64,000 nt of DNA from Parcubacteria group bacterium Greene1014_15. Lineage in GTDB: Bacteria; Patescibacteriota; Minisyncoccia; Phycocordibacterales; VMGT01. A program made the translations under genes and the position numbers. Of this stretch, positions 17,853 through 27,314 are shown one piece after another. Position 1 is the stretch's first letter, and every line of letters begins with the position of its first letter. The notes beneath the pieces are model-generated. The model was not told the origin of the DNA, made no database searches, and saw only the letters and a list, made by a program, of their open reading frames with translations. Location: positions 4,470-68,469 of the forward strand of contig VMGT01000003.1 of NCBI GenBank assembly GCA_007376725.1, written 5' to 3'.

Positions 17853-19436
17853 TTATGACGGATCGGGCAGTATCCATGTCGCAGACGGAGGAAATGTGTC
17901 GAAGACCACCTCGCGATGCGCTGTCCATGTTGCGATGATGGATTCTGGTGTGCCGATGCCTGCAGCGGTCGGACCGCAGGGGCCAAAGAAATGGTTTTGT
18001 GGCGCGCCTGTTGTTCGTGCGCGGAGGCCGACGTAGGTGGTGCCGTTTTTGGTTGCACCGAGGACCTTGCCAATGAATTCCTGATCGTTTGATACCACAG
18101 CTGCGGTGAGATGATGCGCTACGCGTTCAAGAATTTCGAGCATGGTATCGACTTGTTCATCGTTGTATTCGACGATCAACTGAAATGGTCCAAAAATCTC
18201 TTTTGTCAAAAGCTCAAACTGCTGTTCTACACAGAAGAGAGAAATTGGTACTGAAATCGCTGTCGGCTCGTAGGCGCCATAGCATGCGGGAATAGTATGG
18301 AGAGTAAGCGGGTTTCCCCCCCAATTCAAGCATGTTCCGTGAAGCGTCAGAATTTTTGCAATATGTTCGTAGATTTGTTCATTGTTCACAGATAGAAGTG
18401 GTCCAACAGTGAGATCACTCAAACTACGCCGCTTCGCGAGTTTCTTTAATGTAATCTCAAGTGTTATACTTTGCCATTTGTGCACAAACAAAAGCGACTG
18501 TGCGGAACATTTCTGTCCTGATGCGGCGTACGCGTCATGATCGCATTGCCATGCTATATACTCGAGATACTCATCCGGTACATCTCTTCCGATGATCTTC
18601 CAGTTGAATCCGGAGTCCTCGAGTTTTACTCGACCTTTCAAGGTTTGCATGACGTATTCGCCAACTTCTGACGAACCAGTGAATTGACAAAAATCGATAT
18701 GTCGCTCTGCTTCCTTAAGCAAGCGTCCCATATTCTCTCCACTGCAGTGGATGAGGTCGATATCAACAGTTGGCAATCCGCACGCGATGAGCAACCGTAT
18801 GAATTGCTCGGTGACAACAGAAACTTTCGAGTCGGATTTCACAAGAGGTCGGTTGCCGGTGAGAAGTGCTCCCATGATTTGCAGAGCTGGAATTTCGAGA
18901 GGGAAGTTGAACGGTGTGATGATGACGACTGCTCCATGCGGCCATCGGTAACCGTTACTTCTTTGTCCATCGTGATTTCCAGTCACCGAGAACCCGCGGC
19001 CAAAATGAAAACGTGGATTGTCTCCGGCGAAGTTGTAGAAAAAGTCGCGTGTAACTGTCACTTCTCCTATACATTGCGCATAAGATTTTGGCATGACGCG
19101 CTGGATTAGAGTTGCAAAATAATCCGCTATATCTGCCTGACTAAGCGCCTCTGCGACTTTTGCAGAAACTTTTCCGAGCATGTTGTAGCGCTCAATGTTG
19201 CGGTATGGATTGTGCAGACCGTAACTCGGCGTATTTTTCAACCCATCAATAAATGTTCCGAATTGTTCAGGAGGCGTATTGGGAACGATGAGCATGCTAT
19301 TGCCGGCCATTGGGTCAGGAAGCACACGTATATGCGGGCTCAATGTTGTCCAAAATTTTCCGAGAGATGTGTGCCATAGTTGCCTAGGATTGAAGATGTA
19401 CCTGCATAAAAGGAGTATGCTGTGCGAACAGGACAA
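17853..19436 (-). CDS. Aldehyde dehydrogenase family 12 (plant-type P5C/glutamate semialdehyde dehydrogenase); start uncertain
   Basis: GLHNPY..ERY, LIQRVMPKS, TPFNFPLEIP, FTGSS, LEDSGF, SGQKCSAQS, KEIFGPFQ, RARTTGAPQNH.FGP, AGIGTPE, all recalled as ALDH12A1-like. Confidence 0.85.
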   Translation of the reverse strand: MSCSHSILLLCRYIFNPRQLWHTSLGKFWTTLSPHIRVLPDPMAGNSMLIVPNTPPEQFGTFIDGLKNTPSYGLHNPYRNIERYNMLGKVSAKVAEALSQADIADYFATLIQRVMPKSYAQCIGEVTVTRDFFYNFAGDNPRFHFGRGFSVTGNHDGQRSNGYRWPHGAVVIITPFNFPLEIPALQIMGALLTGNRPLVKSDSKVSVVTEQFIRLLIACGLPTVDIDLIHCSGENMGRLLKEAERHIDFCQFTGSSEVGEYVMQTLKGRVKLEDSGFNWKIIGRDVPDEYLEYIAWQCDHDAYAASGQKCSAQSLLFVHKWQSITLEITLKKLAKRRSLSDLTVGPLLSVNNEQIYEHIAKILTLHGTCLNWGGNPLTLHTIPACYGAYEPTAISVPISLFCVEQQFELLTKEIFGPFQLIVEYNDEQVDTMLEILERVAHHLTAAVVSNDQEFIGKVLGATKNGTTYVGLRARTTGAPQNHFFGPCGPTAAGIGTPESIIATWTAHREVVFDTFPPSATWILPDPS

Positions 19437-20666
19437 TATCCTATATTTTGGGACATTCAGAAGGAATGGGACGGAAAAATCAAGTTTGACGGAGCATCAC
19501 GTCGAGATGTCGGATATGTGATTCGAAAAAAGGGATTTCATCAGCAGATCGCGATCCCATATCCTCCGTCGTATATGATGGCACGACCACTACCATATGT
19601 TCTGAAATCGCCGCATGTGCCGAAAGAAGCGCGTGTCGGAAATATTTCAGAGCTGCTGACGCCGACACCACGCGCATACAAGATTGGAAACCTCTTGCCA
19701 TGGTCGTTTCCGCATACACTACTTGAAACACATAACAAATCAGTCTCTGTTCGTGTGTTTGTTGTTGATGCGGCGAGCAACAGTCCCTTGGTAAGCAGAT
19801 TGGGCGTTGTACGCGGATATCAGAATGTTGACGGCGATGAATTGTGGTATGTGTATCGAGGAAATGGCATGGTGCGCACTGAACTTGGTGCGCTTCTTTA
19901 TGGCGCAGGGGACTATCTCTACATACCGAGAGGTTTCATATACGAAATCTACGCAGATTTGTCTTCAGTAACTCACACTGATACGAACAATACGATTCTT
20001 GTTGGTGTTGAAAGTACGAGACCCTTGCTTCGTCCTCTGGTTTCAATGGATGACGTTCCGTATAGTATTCGCGATATGCGCGTGCCTCTCTGTGAACAAA
20101 CAATGCATCTTCCTGTTGTTTTTCATGATTGTGAGAATCCGTATGTGCTTGCAGTCAAACGATCGAACGCATGGTCGTTTCTTGCATACTTCGCAAATCC
20201 GACTGCATGTTTTGGTTGGAGCGGAACCCCGTACCCGTTTATCGTGAACGAGAAATATATCAATGTTCCTGTGGTTGATACGGTGCATACGGATCCGACC
20301 CAGTTCATAGCGTTTGTAACAGGTGACGAAAGTGTCGCAGTATCTATATTTCGTCCGCGGCGTGTGCATTCGATTCCTTACTATCACGATAATACCTACG
20401 ATGAGTGCATGTTTCTCATTGATACGTATGCGGCACGCGCAGGAAGTGTTGCGATGGGGGATATGACATTTCATCCGCAAGGGTTCTGTCATGGTCCACA
20501 ACCGAATGCGTTAAGCATGGCACCTGTGGTAGGTGATCCGCAACACAACCGTTGGGACCGAGAGCGCGCAGTGATGTTTGAATCTCGGCAGCCTCTTGTG
20601 CCGACACGCGAATCAATTGCCGTTGAGCTCCTAGATTACTGGAAATCTTGGATTCCCGGGAATTAA
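19422..20666 (+). CDS. hmgA: Homogentisate 1,2-dioxygenase-like cupin protein
   Basis: NVDGDEL..RG.G...TELG, YIPRG, PYYHDN..DE, HPQGFCHGP (His/Glu/His iron ligands); SD AAAGGAG before the GTG. Confidence 0.75.
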   Translation: MRTGQYPIFWDIQKEWDGKIKFDGASRRDVGYVIRKKGFHQQIAIPYPPSYMMARPLPYVLKSPHVPKEARVGNISELLTPTPRAYKIGNLLPWSFPHTLLETHNKSVSVRVFVVDAASNSPLVSRLGVVRGYQNVDGDELWYVYRGNGMVRTELGALLYGAGDYLYIPRGFIYEIYADLSSVTHTDTNNTILVGVESTRPLLRPLVSMDDVPYSIRDMRVPLCEQTMHLPVVFHDCENPYVLAVKRSNAWSFLAYFANPTACFGWSGTPYPFIVNEKYINVPVVDTVHTDPTQFIAFVTGDESVAVSIFRPRRVHSIPYYHDNTYDECMFLIDTYAARAGSVAMGDMTFHPQGFCHGPQPNALSMAPVVGDPQHNRWDRERAVMFESRQPLVPTRESIAVELLDYWKSWIPGN

Positions 20667-20691
20667 ACAACTGTAGAAAGCGCTGTCGTTC

Positions 20692-20872
20692 GGGTTCGTT
20701 AAAAAATTAATTCCCAAAGATCGCGCACAATGCGCGGTCAAATATGACTTGGCGCGGAATGAGCGAAACCCGAGTTGTATTCCGATACAACGAGTGGTTT
20801 TGCGAGTGAGCACGAGTCGCAGATGACTGCACAGTATGTGCGAGATTGGGAAGTTATTTTTTTAACGAGCCC
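20692..20872 (+). mobile_element. MITE family A, copy 2
   Basis: Near-identical to 5036-5216; ends GGGTTCGTTAAAAAA / TTTTTTAACGAGCCC-TTA. Confidence 0.85.
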
Positions 20873-20908
20873 TTATATGCGACAGCGCTTTCAAACAAGG
20901 AAAAAAGT

Positions 20909-22042
20909 ATGTCGACAGGCAATCTGTACCTTCCAAGTTTTTATAACCCATCTCATGCAGAGTTGTGGAACTATCATCCGGATGCCCGAGCGCTGTTTGA
21001 GTTCGCGAAAGAATATCGCGAGGAATGGAGCATCACCGCGGCGGCGTATGATGCGTTTAAGTTGCTCGTGTTGGGGATTGATTTGCAACGCGATTTCGGC
21101 CATCCGCTCGGATCGCTCTATGTCGGAGGCAGAAGTGGTACAGGGGCGATTGATGATAATCGCCGGACAGCAGAGTGGACCTACAAGAATCTCCCGCGTA
21201 TTACGAGATTCATGCCGACACTCGATACGCATACGACACTGCAGATATTCTTTCCTGGATTTCTGATAGACCAGAATGGAGAATTTCTACAGCCGCACGA
21301 CATGGTCACGGACGGTATGGATATCTTGCGGTTTGGAAAAACTGTCGGCAAGGCATACGCAAACCCTGCGGTCGCTGGAGTTCTCGCAAACGGAAACACA
21401 AAATGGATGCAAAAGCAGATCGAGCACTATTGCGCAGAACTGAACAAAGCGCAAGGTACACTCGGTAGTCCTGAAATGCGCAAATACATGCTCTATACGT
21501 GGCCGGAGCATTGCTTGCTTGGCGGTGAAGGACACAATGTGGTCGGAGTGATTCAGGAAGCCATGCTCTTTCACTCGTATGTACGCCATGCACTGCTTAC
21601 GCCTGAAATAAAAGGTGGAAATCCATGGACAGAAAATTATTCTGTTTTTTCTCCCGAAGTGCTCACGCGTTGGAGTGGCAAGCCGCTTGCAAGAAAAAAC
21701 AAGCGACTGATCAATCTTGTGTTGGGGTACGATGCTATTGTGGTGTTGGGGCAGGCAAAGAGTCACTGTGTTGCTTCTTCGATCTACTCACTTCTTGAAG
21801 AAATTGTTACAGTAGATCCATCTCTAGCGAAGAAAGTATACATTGTCGATGACTGCATGAGTTCCGTTGTTGTTCCGAATAGCGGCTATAACGAGAACGA
21901 CCCCGCATCTGGTCCACAGTATTTAGTTGACTTTACAGAAAAAGGAGACGAATACAACGAGTTGTTCCGCGAGTATGGCATGCATGTGGTGAAATCTACA
22001 GATGACATTGCAACATGGCCTGGCCTTGCACATTTAAATTAA
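20909..22042 (+). CDS. Cysteine hydrolase, isochorismatase/nicotinamidase family
   Basis: IDLQRDF, TLDTH, WPEHCL, EIKG, AKSHCV. ATG 20909 follows AAGGAA; the longer N-terminus starts inside the MITE. Confidence 0.82.
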   Translation: MSTGNLYLPSFYNPSHAELWNYHPDARALFEFAKEYREEWSITAAAYDAFKLLVLGIDLQRDFGHPLGSLYVGGRSGTGAIDDNRRTAEWTYKNLPRITRFMPTLDTHTTLQIFFPGFLIDQNGEFLQPHDMVTDGMDILRFGKTVGKAYANPAVAGVLANGNTKWMQKQIEHYCAELNKAQGTLGSPEMRKYMLYTWPEHCLLGGEGHNVVGVIQEAMLFHSYVRHALLTPEIKGGNPWTENYSVFSPEVLTRWSGKPLARKNKRLINLVLGYDAIVVLGQAKSHCVASSIYSLLEEIVTVDPSLAKKVYIVDDCMSSVVVPNSGYNENDPASGPQYLVDFTEKGDEYNELFREYGMHVVKSTDDIATWPGLAHLN

Positions 22043-22050
22043 CGCAGTAT

Positions 22051-22150
22051 GTATCATTTCACAGCTATGAATAAATCCCTCCCAACCTCCCTTTCAAAAA
22101 GGGAGGAGGGGCGTTCGACTTCCCCCTTTTTGAAAGATGTGAGAATTTTC
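22051..22150. mobile_element. Short degraded copy of the IS66-like MITE
   Basis: GTATCATTTCACAGCTATGAATAAATCCCTCCC..TGTGAGAATTTTC; no intact target duplication. Confidence 0.65.
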
Positions 22151-22253
22151 TTTGTTTTTTTCATACAAGAAGTATACAATAGCGTTCGGATTCAAATGGG
22201 AATCTAGCTGCATTTCGTTACTTGTTGTTCAAGAGAATGTGAGGAGGTCTTGC

Positions 22254-22478
22254 GTGGCGATAAAACGGAATAACTATCGTCAGTTAATGGAAGATGCGGC
22301 ATTGGAGTATAACGGCGCCGACCAATGGGATTATATGTGCGGCAACAACGATCAAAAAATCTTCCGCGCACGTCACCCCATGGCCTATCTCGATGGGCAA
22401 TACGTCGGAGTTACCTGCAGTCTCGCTCTCGAGGAGGGTATGAGCGCTCTCGATGTTGTTCGAGTACTCTCGACGTAA
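22254..22478 (+). CDS. Small hypothetical protein (74 aa)
   Basis: AGGAGG SD 6 nt before the in-frame GTG at 22254. Confidence 0.5.
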   Translation: MAIKRNNYRQLMEDAALEYNGADQWDYMCGNNDQKIFRARHPMAYLDGQYVGVTCSLALEEGMSALDVVRVLST

Positions 22479-22542
22479 CGCTTTCTCTCTTCGACCTGCA
22501 CTATCACGTGCAGGTCGAACTATGTTATATGAGAGGAGATTA

Positions 22543-22720
22543 GGCTTTAAGTAAAAATAAGTTTCCTAATATCGGTTTCAGATTTTCGTGAGATTTGATT
22601 TTTTCGATTGAACAAATCTTGAGGCGTAGCGAGCTACGATAAAAGATTTGTGATTGAGAAAAAATTAAAGATTGCGGAAATATGGAAGCGAATCATGTCA
22701 AGTTATTAATCAACGAGGCC
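22543..22720. mobile_element. TTA-flanked palindromic MITE-like element
   Basis: TTA on both sides; degenerate GGC..AATAA / TTATT..GCC ends; long imperfect hairpin centred on CGTAGC-GA-GCTACG. Confidence 0.6.
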
Positions 22721-22723
22721 TTA

Positions 22724-22781
22724 GAACCCATCCAGTATCTGATGCAGTACTGAAATGATCAAAATTTGTTGCGAAAATTGT
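22724..22781. mobile_element. Truncated left end of MITE family B
   Basis: GAACCCATCCAGTATCTGATGC..AAAATTTGTTGCGAAAATTG aligns with the start of the 28035 element. Confidence 0.6.
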
Positions 22782-22976
22782 GTAACTACACACTCCTCAA
22801 AATCCCTCCCATCCTCCCTTTCAAAAAGGGAGGAGTCCACATCCCTCCCATTTTCTTTGAAATCTCCCTCATTCCCCCTTTGATAAAGAGGGAGGTTCTT
22901 GGGAGGAGAAGCGTTCGACTTCCCCCTTTGTGAAAGGGGGAATGAGGGGGATTTTCCGAGGGTGTTGAGGGATTAC
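22782..22976. mobile_element. IS66-like MITE (inverted relative to the 6542 copy)
   Basis: GTAAC..GATTAC ends; interior largely the reverse complement of 6542-6777. Confidence 0.78.
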
Positions 22977-22996
22977 GTGCGTACGCTGCGTTCGTG

Positions 22997-23025
22997 TTGA
23001 CACTTCTATTTTTTAGTTTTACAAT
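22997..23025 (+). promoter_or_regulatory. Sigma70 promoter for the E1 alpha/beta genes
   Basis: TTGACA-N17-TACAAT. Confidence 0.7.
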
Positions 23026-23075
23026 CAACTTGGATTTGTTTCCTTATATACTACAGAGGCTTGTTCGGGAGAACA

Positions 23076-24224
23076 ATGATGAAAACAGTTGTGAGGCGTT
23101 TTCGTATTATAAAAACACAGTTTCTGCCAGCATCAGGCATCCCGTATAAAGATACACCGGAAGAATATTTAAAAAATAAAGACCGTCTGTTGTGCATGTA
23201 CCGCCACATGCGAATGATACGGCTGTTTGATGCAAAATCGTTTTCTTTGCAGCGGCAGGGAAGAGCGGGAACAAATGCTTCGACCGAAGGCGAGGAGGGC
23301 TATGCTGTTGGATATGCGGCAGCGATGACTGATCATGAAAAAGTGATTGGCGCAAAGCATATCCATGTGCCGCATTATCGTCAGAATGCGGCAATGCTTT
23401 GGCTCGACGAAGATGATAAAGAAGCCGCTCTCATGCGAATACTTCTTTATTGGGGAGGCTCAGAACTTGGCAACCTTGCCGCAAAGAATCGTCCGGATGA
23501 CCATCCGATGTGCGTGCCCATTGGAACACAAGTCGGACTCGCGCAAGGACGCGCGTTCGCGCTCAAGATAAGAAAAGAAAAGCGAGCAGTGGTTTGTATC
23601 TGCGGTGATGGCGCTACTTCGACAGGTGATTTCAACACCGGCATTAACTTTGCCGGAGCGCTCAAGGTGCCTCTTGTTGTGATTGTTTCGAACAATCAGT
23701 ATGCGATTTCTGTTCCGCGAGAACGGCAAACTGCTGCAGAAACGTTTGCACAGAAAGGAATTGCGGCAGGTATCCACTCGGAACAAGTTGACGGAAATGA
23801 CGTACTCGCTGTGTATCATGTAGTATATCAAGCGCTTGAACGTGCAGTGAAAAATTCCGAGCCGAGCTTGATTGAAGCAATTACCTATCGCCTCGGAGCA
23901 CATACGACAGCTGATGACCCGACAAAATATCGAGAAGACGCGGAAGTGGCGGCTGCGCGAGAGAAGGATCCCCTTCTTCGCATGCGTCGCTTGATTGATC
24001 ATCTTGGTATTTGGGACGAGGCAAAAGAGAGCGCTTACTGCGCGTGGGCAAAAGAGCGCATTGAAGAAGCAGTTAAGCGCTACGAAAATTATGTCAAAGG
24101 AAATCCGTTAACACTCTCCCAGCTCTATGATCATCAGGTGGCATCACCGCATTATACGCAAATCAGAGAGCGAGAGCTTCTGCTCGCATATCAAAAAGCA
24201 GTAGCAGAAGGAGAAAAAACATGA
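23076..24224 (+). CDS. pdhA: 2-oxoacid (pyruvate or branched-chain) dehydrogenase E1 alpha
   Basis: LQRQGR, PIGTQ, TPP motif GDGATS..NNQYAIS, VDGND, YRLGAHTTADDP; GGAG SD before ATG 23076. Confidence 0.88.
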   Translation: MMKTVVRRFRIIKTQFLPASGIPYKDTPEEYLKNKDRLLCMYRHMRMIRLFDAKSFSLQRQGRAGTNASTEGEEGYAVGYAAAMTDHEKVIGAKHIHVPHYRQNAAMLWLDEDDKEAALMRILLYWGGSELGNLAAKNRPDDHPMCVPIGTQVGLAQGRAFALKIRKEKRAVVCICGDGATSTGDFNTGINFAGALKVPLVVIVSNNQYAISVPRERQTAAETFAQKGIAAGIHSEQVDGNDVLAVYHVVYQALERAVKNSEPSLIEAITYRLGAHTTADDPTKYREDAEVAAAREKDPLLRMRRLIDHLGIWDEAKESAYCAWAKERIEEAVKRYENYVKGNPLTLSQLYDHQVASPHYTQIRERELLLAYQKAVAEGEKT

Positions 24225-25300
24225 GTGAATCAGGCGGCGTTATCAACGTGCCAGTACACAGCACACGAGGAAAAGGCACACACACAATTCTTCAAGCCAT
24301 TAACGCCGCACTCGCGAAAGCAATGGAACTTGATGAAAATGTCGTTCTCATTGGCGAAGATGTTGGGAAGAATGGCGGGGTATTCTGCGTAACGGAGGGA
24401 CTTTGGGAAAGATTCGGTGATGACCGCATCAAAGATACGCCTCTTTCGGAGCAGGCAATTGTTGCAACTGCCACAGGTGCAAGTATGGGTGGAGTGAAAA
24501 TTGTCGTTGAAATACAATTTAGCGGGTTCAGCTATAGCGCGTTTGAGCATTTTGTGAGCCATACGGCTCGTATGCGGGCGCGCACACTCGGAACGCTTAC
24601 TTGCCCTCTCGTTGTTCGCATGCCGTATGGAAACCGTATACATGCGCCAGAACACCATTCCGAAGCAAATGAGGCATTCTTTGCGCACATACCGGCTCTT
24701 AAAATAGTGGTTCTTTCGACGGTAGAAAATGCGTACGGACTCACACTTGCCGCAATCAATGACCCTGATCCGGTCATTGTATTTGAACCGTCTGTTTTGT
24801 ATCGAAGCGTACGGGGGAATATTGTTGATGATGGAAAACCGATGGAGCTTGGCAAGTGCCGAGTGCATCAGGAGGGGAGCGACATAACGCTCATAACCTG
24901 GGGTTCGATGCTCTATGAATGTATTGATGCGGCTGCGCTTGTTGCAACAGAGAACATCAGTGTCGAAATTATTGACGTGCAGACGATCAGCCCCCTCGAT
25001 ATTGATACGGTTGTTGCATCGGTAAAAAAGACGGGACGATTTGCAGTTGTGCAAGAGGCTCCAAGTTTTTGTAGTGTTGCAAGCGAAGTTACCGCACAGT
25101 TATGGGAACGTATTTCCGAATACATACGAGCGCCATCGGTGAGGATAGCTGGAGCAAATGTCGGGATGCCTCTGTATCGGCGCGAAAACCTTGTTGTTCC
25201 AAATGCTCTGCGGATTGCTCTCGACATTCGTTCAATAATCAAAGTGGAGTTTCCTTTTGAAATGCCATTTGCGGCATACGCGGGGATGAGGGCTCATTGA
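24221..25300 (+). CDS. pdhB: 2-oxoacid dehydrogenase E1 beta
   Basis: GEDVGKNGGVF, DTPLSE, EIQF, EHHSE, DPDPV.VFEP, SVKKTGR. Confidence 0.88.
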   Translation: MSESGGVINVPVHSTRGKGTHTILQAINAALAKAMELDENVVLIGEDVGKNGGVFCVTEGLWERFGDDRIKDTPLSEQAIVATATGASMGGVKIVVEIQFSGFSYSAFEHFVSHTARMRARTLGTLTCPLVVRMPYGNRIHAPEHHSEANEAFFAHIPALKIVVLSTVENAYGLTLAAINDPDPVIVFEPSVLYRSVRGNIVDDGKPMELGKCRVHQEGSDITLITWGSMLYECIDAAALVATENISVEIIDVQTISPLDIDTVVASVKKTGRFAVVQEAPSFCSVASEVTAQLWERISEYIRAPSVRIAGANVGMPLYRRENLVVPNALRIALDIRSIIKVEFPFEMPFAAYAGMRAH

Positions 25301-25469
25301 AAAATAACTTCCCAATCTCGCACACACTGTGCAGTCATCTCCGACTCGTGCTCAATCGCGAAACCACTCGTTGTATCGGAATACAACTCAAATTTCGCTC
25401 ATTCCGCGCCAAGTCGTATCTGACCGCACATTGTGCACGATCTTTGTGAACTAATTTTTTAACGAGCCC
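25290..25469 (-). mobile_element. MITE family A, copy 3 (inverted); supplies the pdhB stop codon
   Basis: Reverse complement of 5036-5216; TGA 25298-25300 lies within the TIR. Confidence 0.85.
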
Positions 25470-25489
25470 TTACTCAGTGAAAAAAGCAT

Positions 25490-25516
25490 GACCCGCTGAT
25501 ATTTTATCAGCGGGTC
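25490..25516. terminator. Hairpin downstream of pdhB and the MITE
   Basis: GACCCGCTGATA-TTT-TATCAGCGGGTC. Confidence 0.6.
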
Positions 25517-25563
25517 GCTTCGTGAGTGTTGTTTTGTACTTTATGTGTCATACTACAAACATA

Positions 25564-26301
25564 ATGTCAGAACAAAGTTTCTGCAAAATAATTTCTATCA
25601 ATATCGAGACAGACAAGCATCACGACACGGTGTTGCCTTTTTTACACAGAGAACAGCCTGACGTTGTTTGCATGCAGGAAATTTATTCCCATGAAGCCGA
25701 GCGATACCAATATGAACTTGGTATGCGTGGGCTGTTTGCTCCTATGAATCTCTGCGTAAGCAGACATATCAAAGGGGCGCTCCATGTGGAAGGAGTTGCG
25801 ATCTTTAGCAAGCATCCGGTTTCAAATGTCAGTATTGCTTTGTATGCCGGATACAAAAATCGCGTTCCGATCTATGTAGACAAAGATGCCCGGACATATA
25901 ATCATGTGCTGCTTTCGTGCGATGTATCCAAAGACAACAAGATATATACGATCGCAACAACTCATTTTACTTGGGCGCCGGATGGGCAAGCAGACGAATT
26001 TCAACGAAAAAATATACTCCTGCTCTTGCGTGCTCTTAAGAAACTACCCGATGTCATTCTCTGTGGAGATTTCAATGCTCCTCGCGGAAGAGAAATTTTT
26101 GATAAACTTGCGAAGAAATATAAAGATAATATTCCAGCTGAAATTACTTCAACGATTGATCCATATCTGCATCGTGCACCGCATTTGCAATACGTTGTTG
26201 ATGGATTGTTCAGTACGCCAAAATATAGTGTCGACAATGTTCGAGCTGAAACAGGTATAAGCGACCACAAAGCAATCGTTGGTAGTGTTCACACACAGTA
26301 G
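25564..26301 (+). CDS. Endonuclease/exonuclease/phosphatase (EEP) family protein
   Basis: ISINI, PDVVCMQE, TTH, CGDFN, ISDH; start could be slightly upstream. Confidence 0.88.
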   Translation: MSEQSFCKIISINIETDKHHDTVLPFLHREQPDVVCMQEIYSHEAERYQYELGMRGLFAPMNLCVSRHIKGALHVEGVAIFSKHPVSNVSIALYAGYKNRVPIYVDKDARTYNHVLLSCDVSKDNKIYTIATTHFTWAPDGQADEFQRKNILLLLRALKKLPDVILCGDFNAPRGREIFDKLAKKYKDNIPAEITSTIDPYLHRAPHLQYVVDGLFSTPKYSVDNVRAETGISDHKAIVGSVHTQ

Positions 26302-26355
26302 TAGCCATCCTTCTCGTGTTTGCTATACTGAATACGTTCGTAACAATCTATTTTT

Positions 26356-27312
26356 ATGGAAAATATAGCACCTGAAAATGTTTCCCAAAAGGCATCGCAA
26401 TCCGCCAGCACTCCTCGATTGCCTGGGTCAACTGTACTGCTTAAGCTTTCAATCGCATATTACAAAGAGTACGTTGCGACAATTGTGGGTGTCATGCTCG
26501 TACCACTCGTTCTGCAGCTTCTTTCTTTTTTCATTCCTTCAGTAGCAGCGCTTGTGACCATTGCATCAATGGTTTCGAGTATGTTCTCATCCATTGTTCT
26601 TATCGGTTTACTGGCAGGTACATGGAGTGCAACAGAGGGTATAAGTACATTATACAGAAAAAGCCTTACCTGGTTTTGGCCAACTGTCATGGTGCAGGCA
26701 TATGCAATGGCAGTAGTCATCGGTGGCTTTTTTCTGCTCATCATTCCTGGAATATATGCCGCGATTGCAACAAGTTTTGCTGTATATGTTCTTTTTGCTG
26801 AAAATAAACGTGGTATATCTGCAATTGTCGCAAGTTGGCAGTATGTGAAAGGAAATTGGGGTTCGGTTCTGTGGAGAATGATAGTTCTCTTGGCTATTTT
26901 GGGGATTATCGGACTTATTCTTCTCATTCCCGATATATGGCCGAAACTCGCTACTCTTAAACAGGGATTGCTGGATCCAAGCGCAGGAGCATCGGCCCCT
27001 GTGCCATCCTCTCCTTTATTTGCCGCTGTGCGGACGATTTTTCAGATATTGGTAATGTCACCCCTCACAATCATCTACACTTCATTTGTTTACAAATCTC
27101 TTCGGACAATGAAATCCGCCGCGCCGGTTATCAATGATCAAAAAACAGCAAAAACCGTAAAAACATTTATGATTGTCGGCATTGTTGGGTTATTACTTGT
27201 TATTGTTGTCTCCGTTTTAGTTGTTATGTATGTGGCGGATTACCCAGGCGTAAGTACAGCTGGTACATCTGCGGCAGTTATTGACTCGCTGCGAGAAAGT
27301 ATAGGTTGGTGA
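26356..27312 (+). CDS. Polytopic membrane protein
   Basis: About 6-7 TMs; GFFLLIIPGIY..E.K.G..AI..SW..VKGNW motif. Confidence 0.8.
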   Translation: MENIAPENVSQKASQSASTPRLPGSTVLLKLSIAYYKEYVATIVGVMLVPLVLQLLSFFIPSVAALVTIASMVSSMFSSIVLIGLLAGTWSATEGISTLYRKSLTWFWPTVMVQAYAMAVVIGGFFLLIIPGIYAAIATSFAVYVLFAENKRGISAIVASWQYVKGNWGSVLWRMIVLLAILGIIGLILLIPDIWPKLATLKQGLLDPSAGASAPVPSSPLFAAVRTIFQILVMSPLTIIYTSFVYKSLRTMKSAAPVINDQKTAKTVKTFMIVGIVGLLLVIVVSVLVVMYVADYPGVSTAGTSAAVIDSLRESIGW

Positions 27313-27314
27313 AG

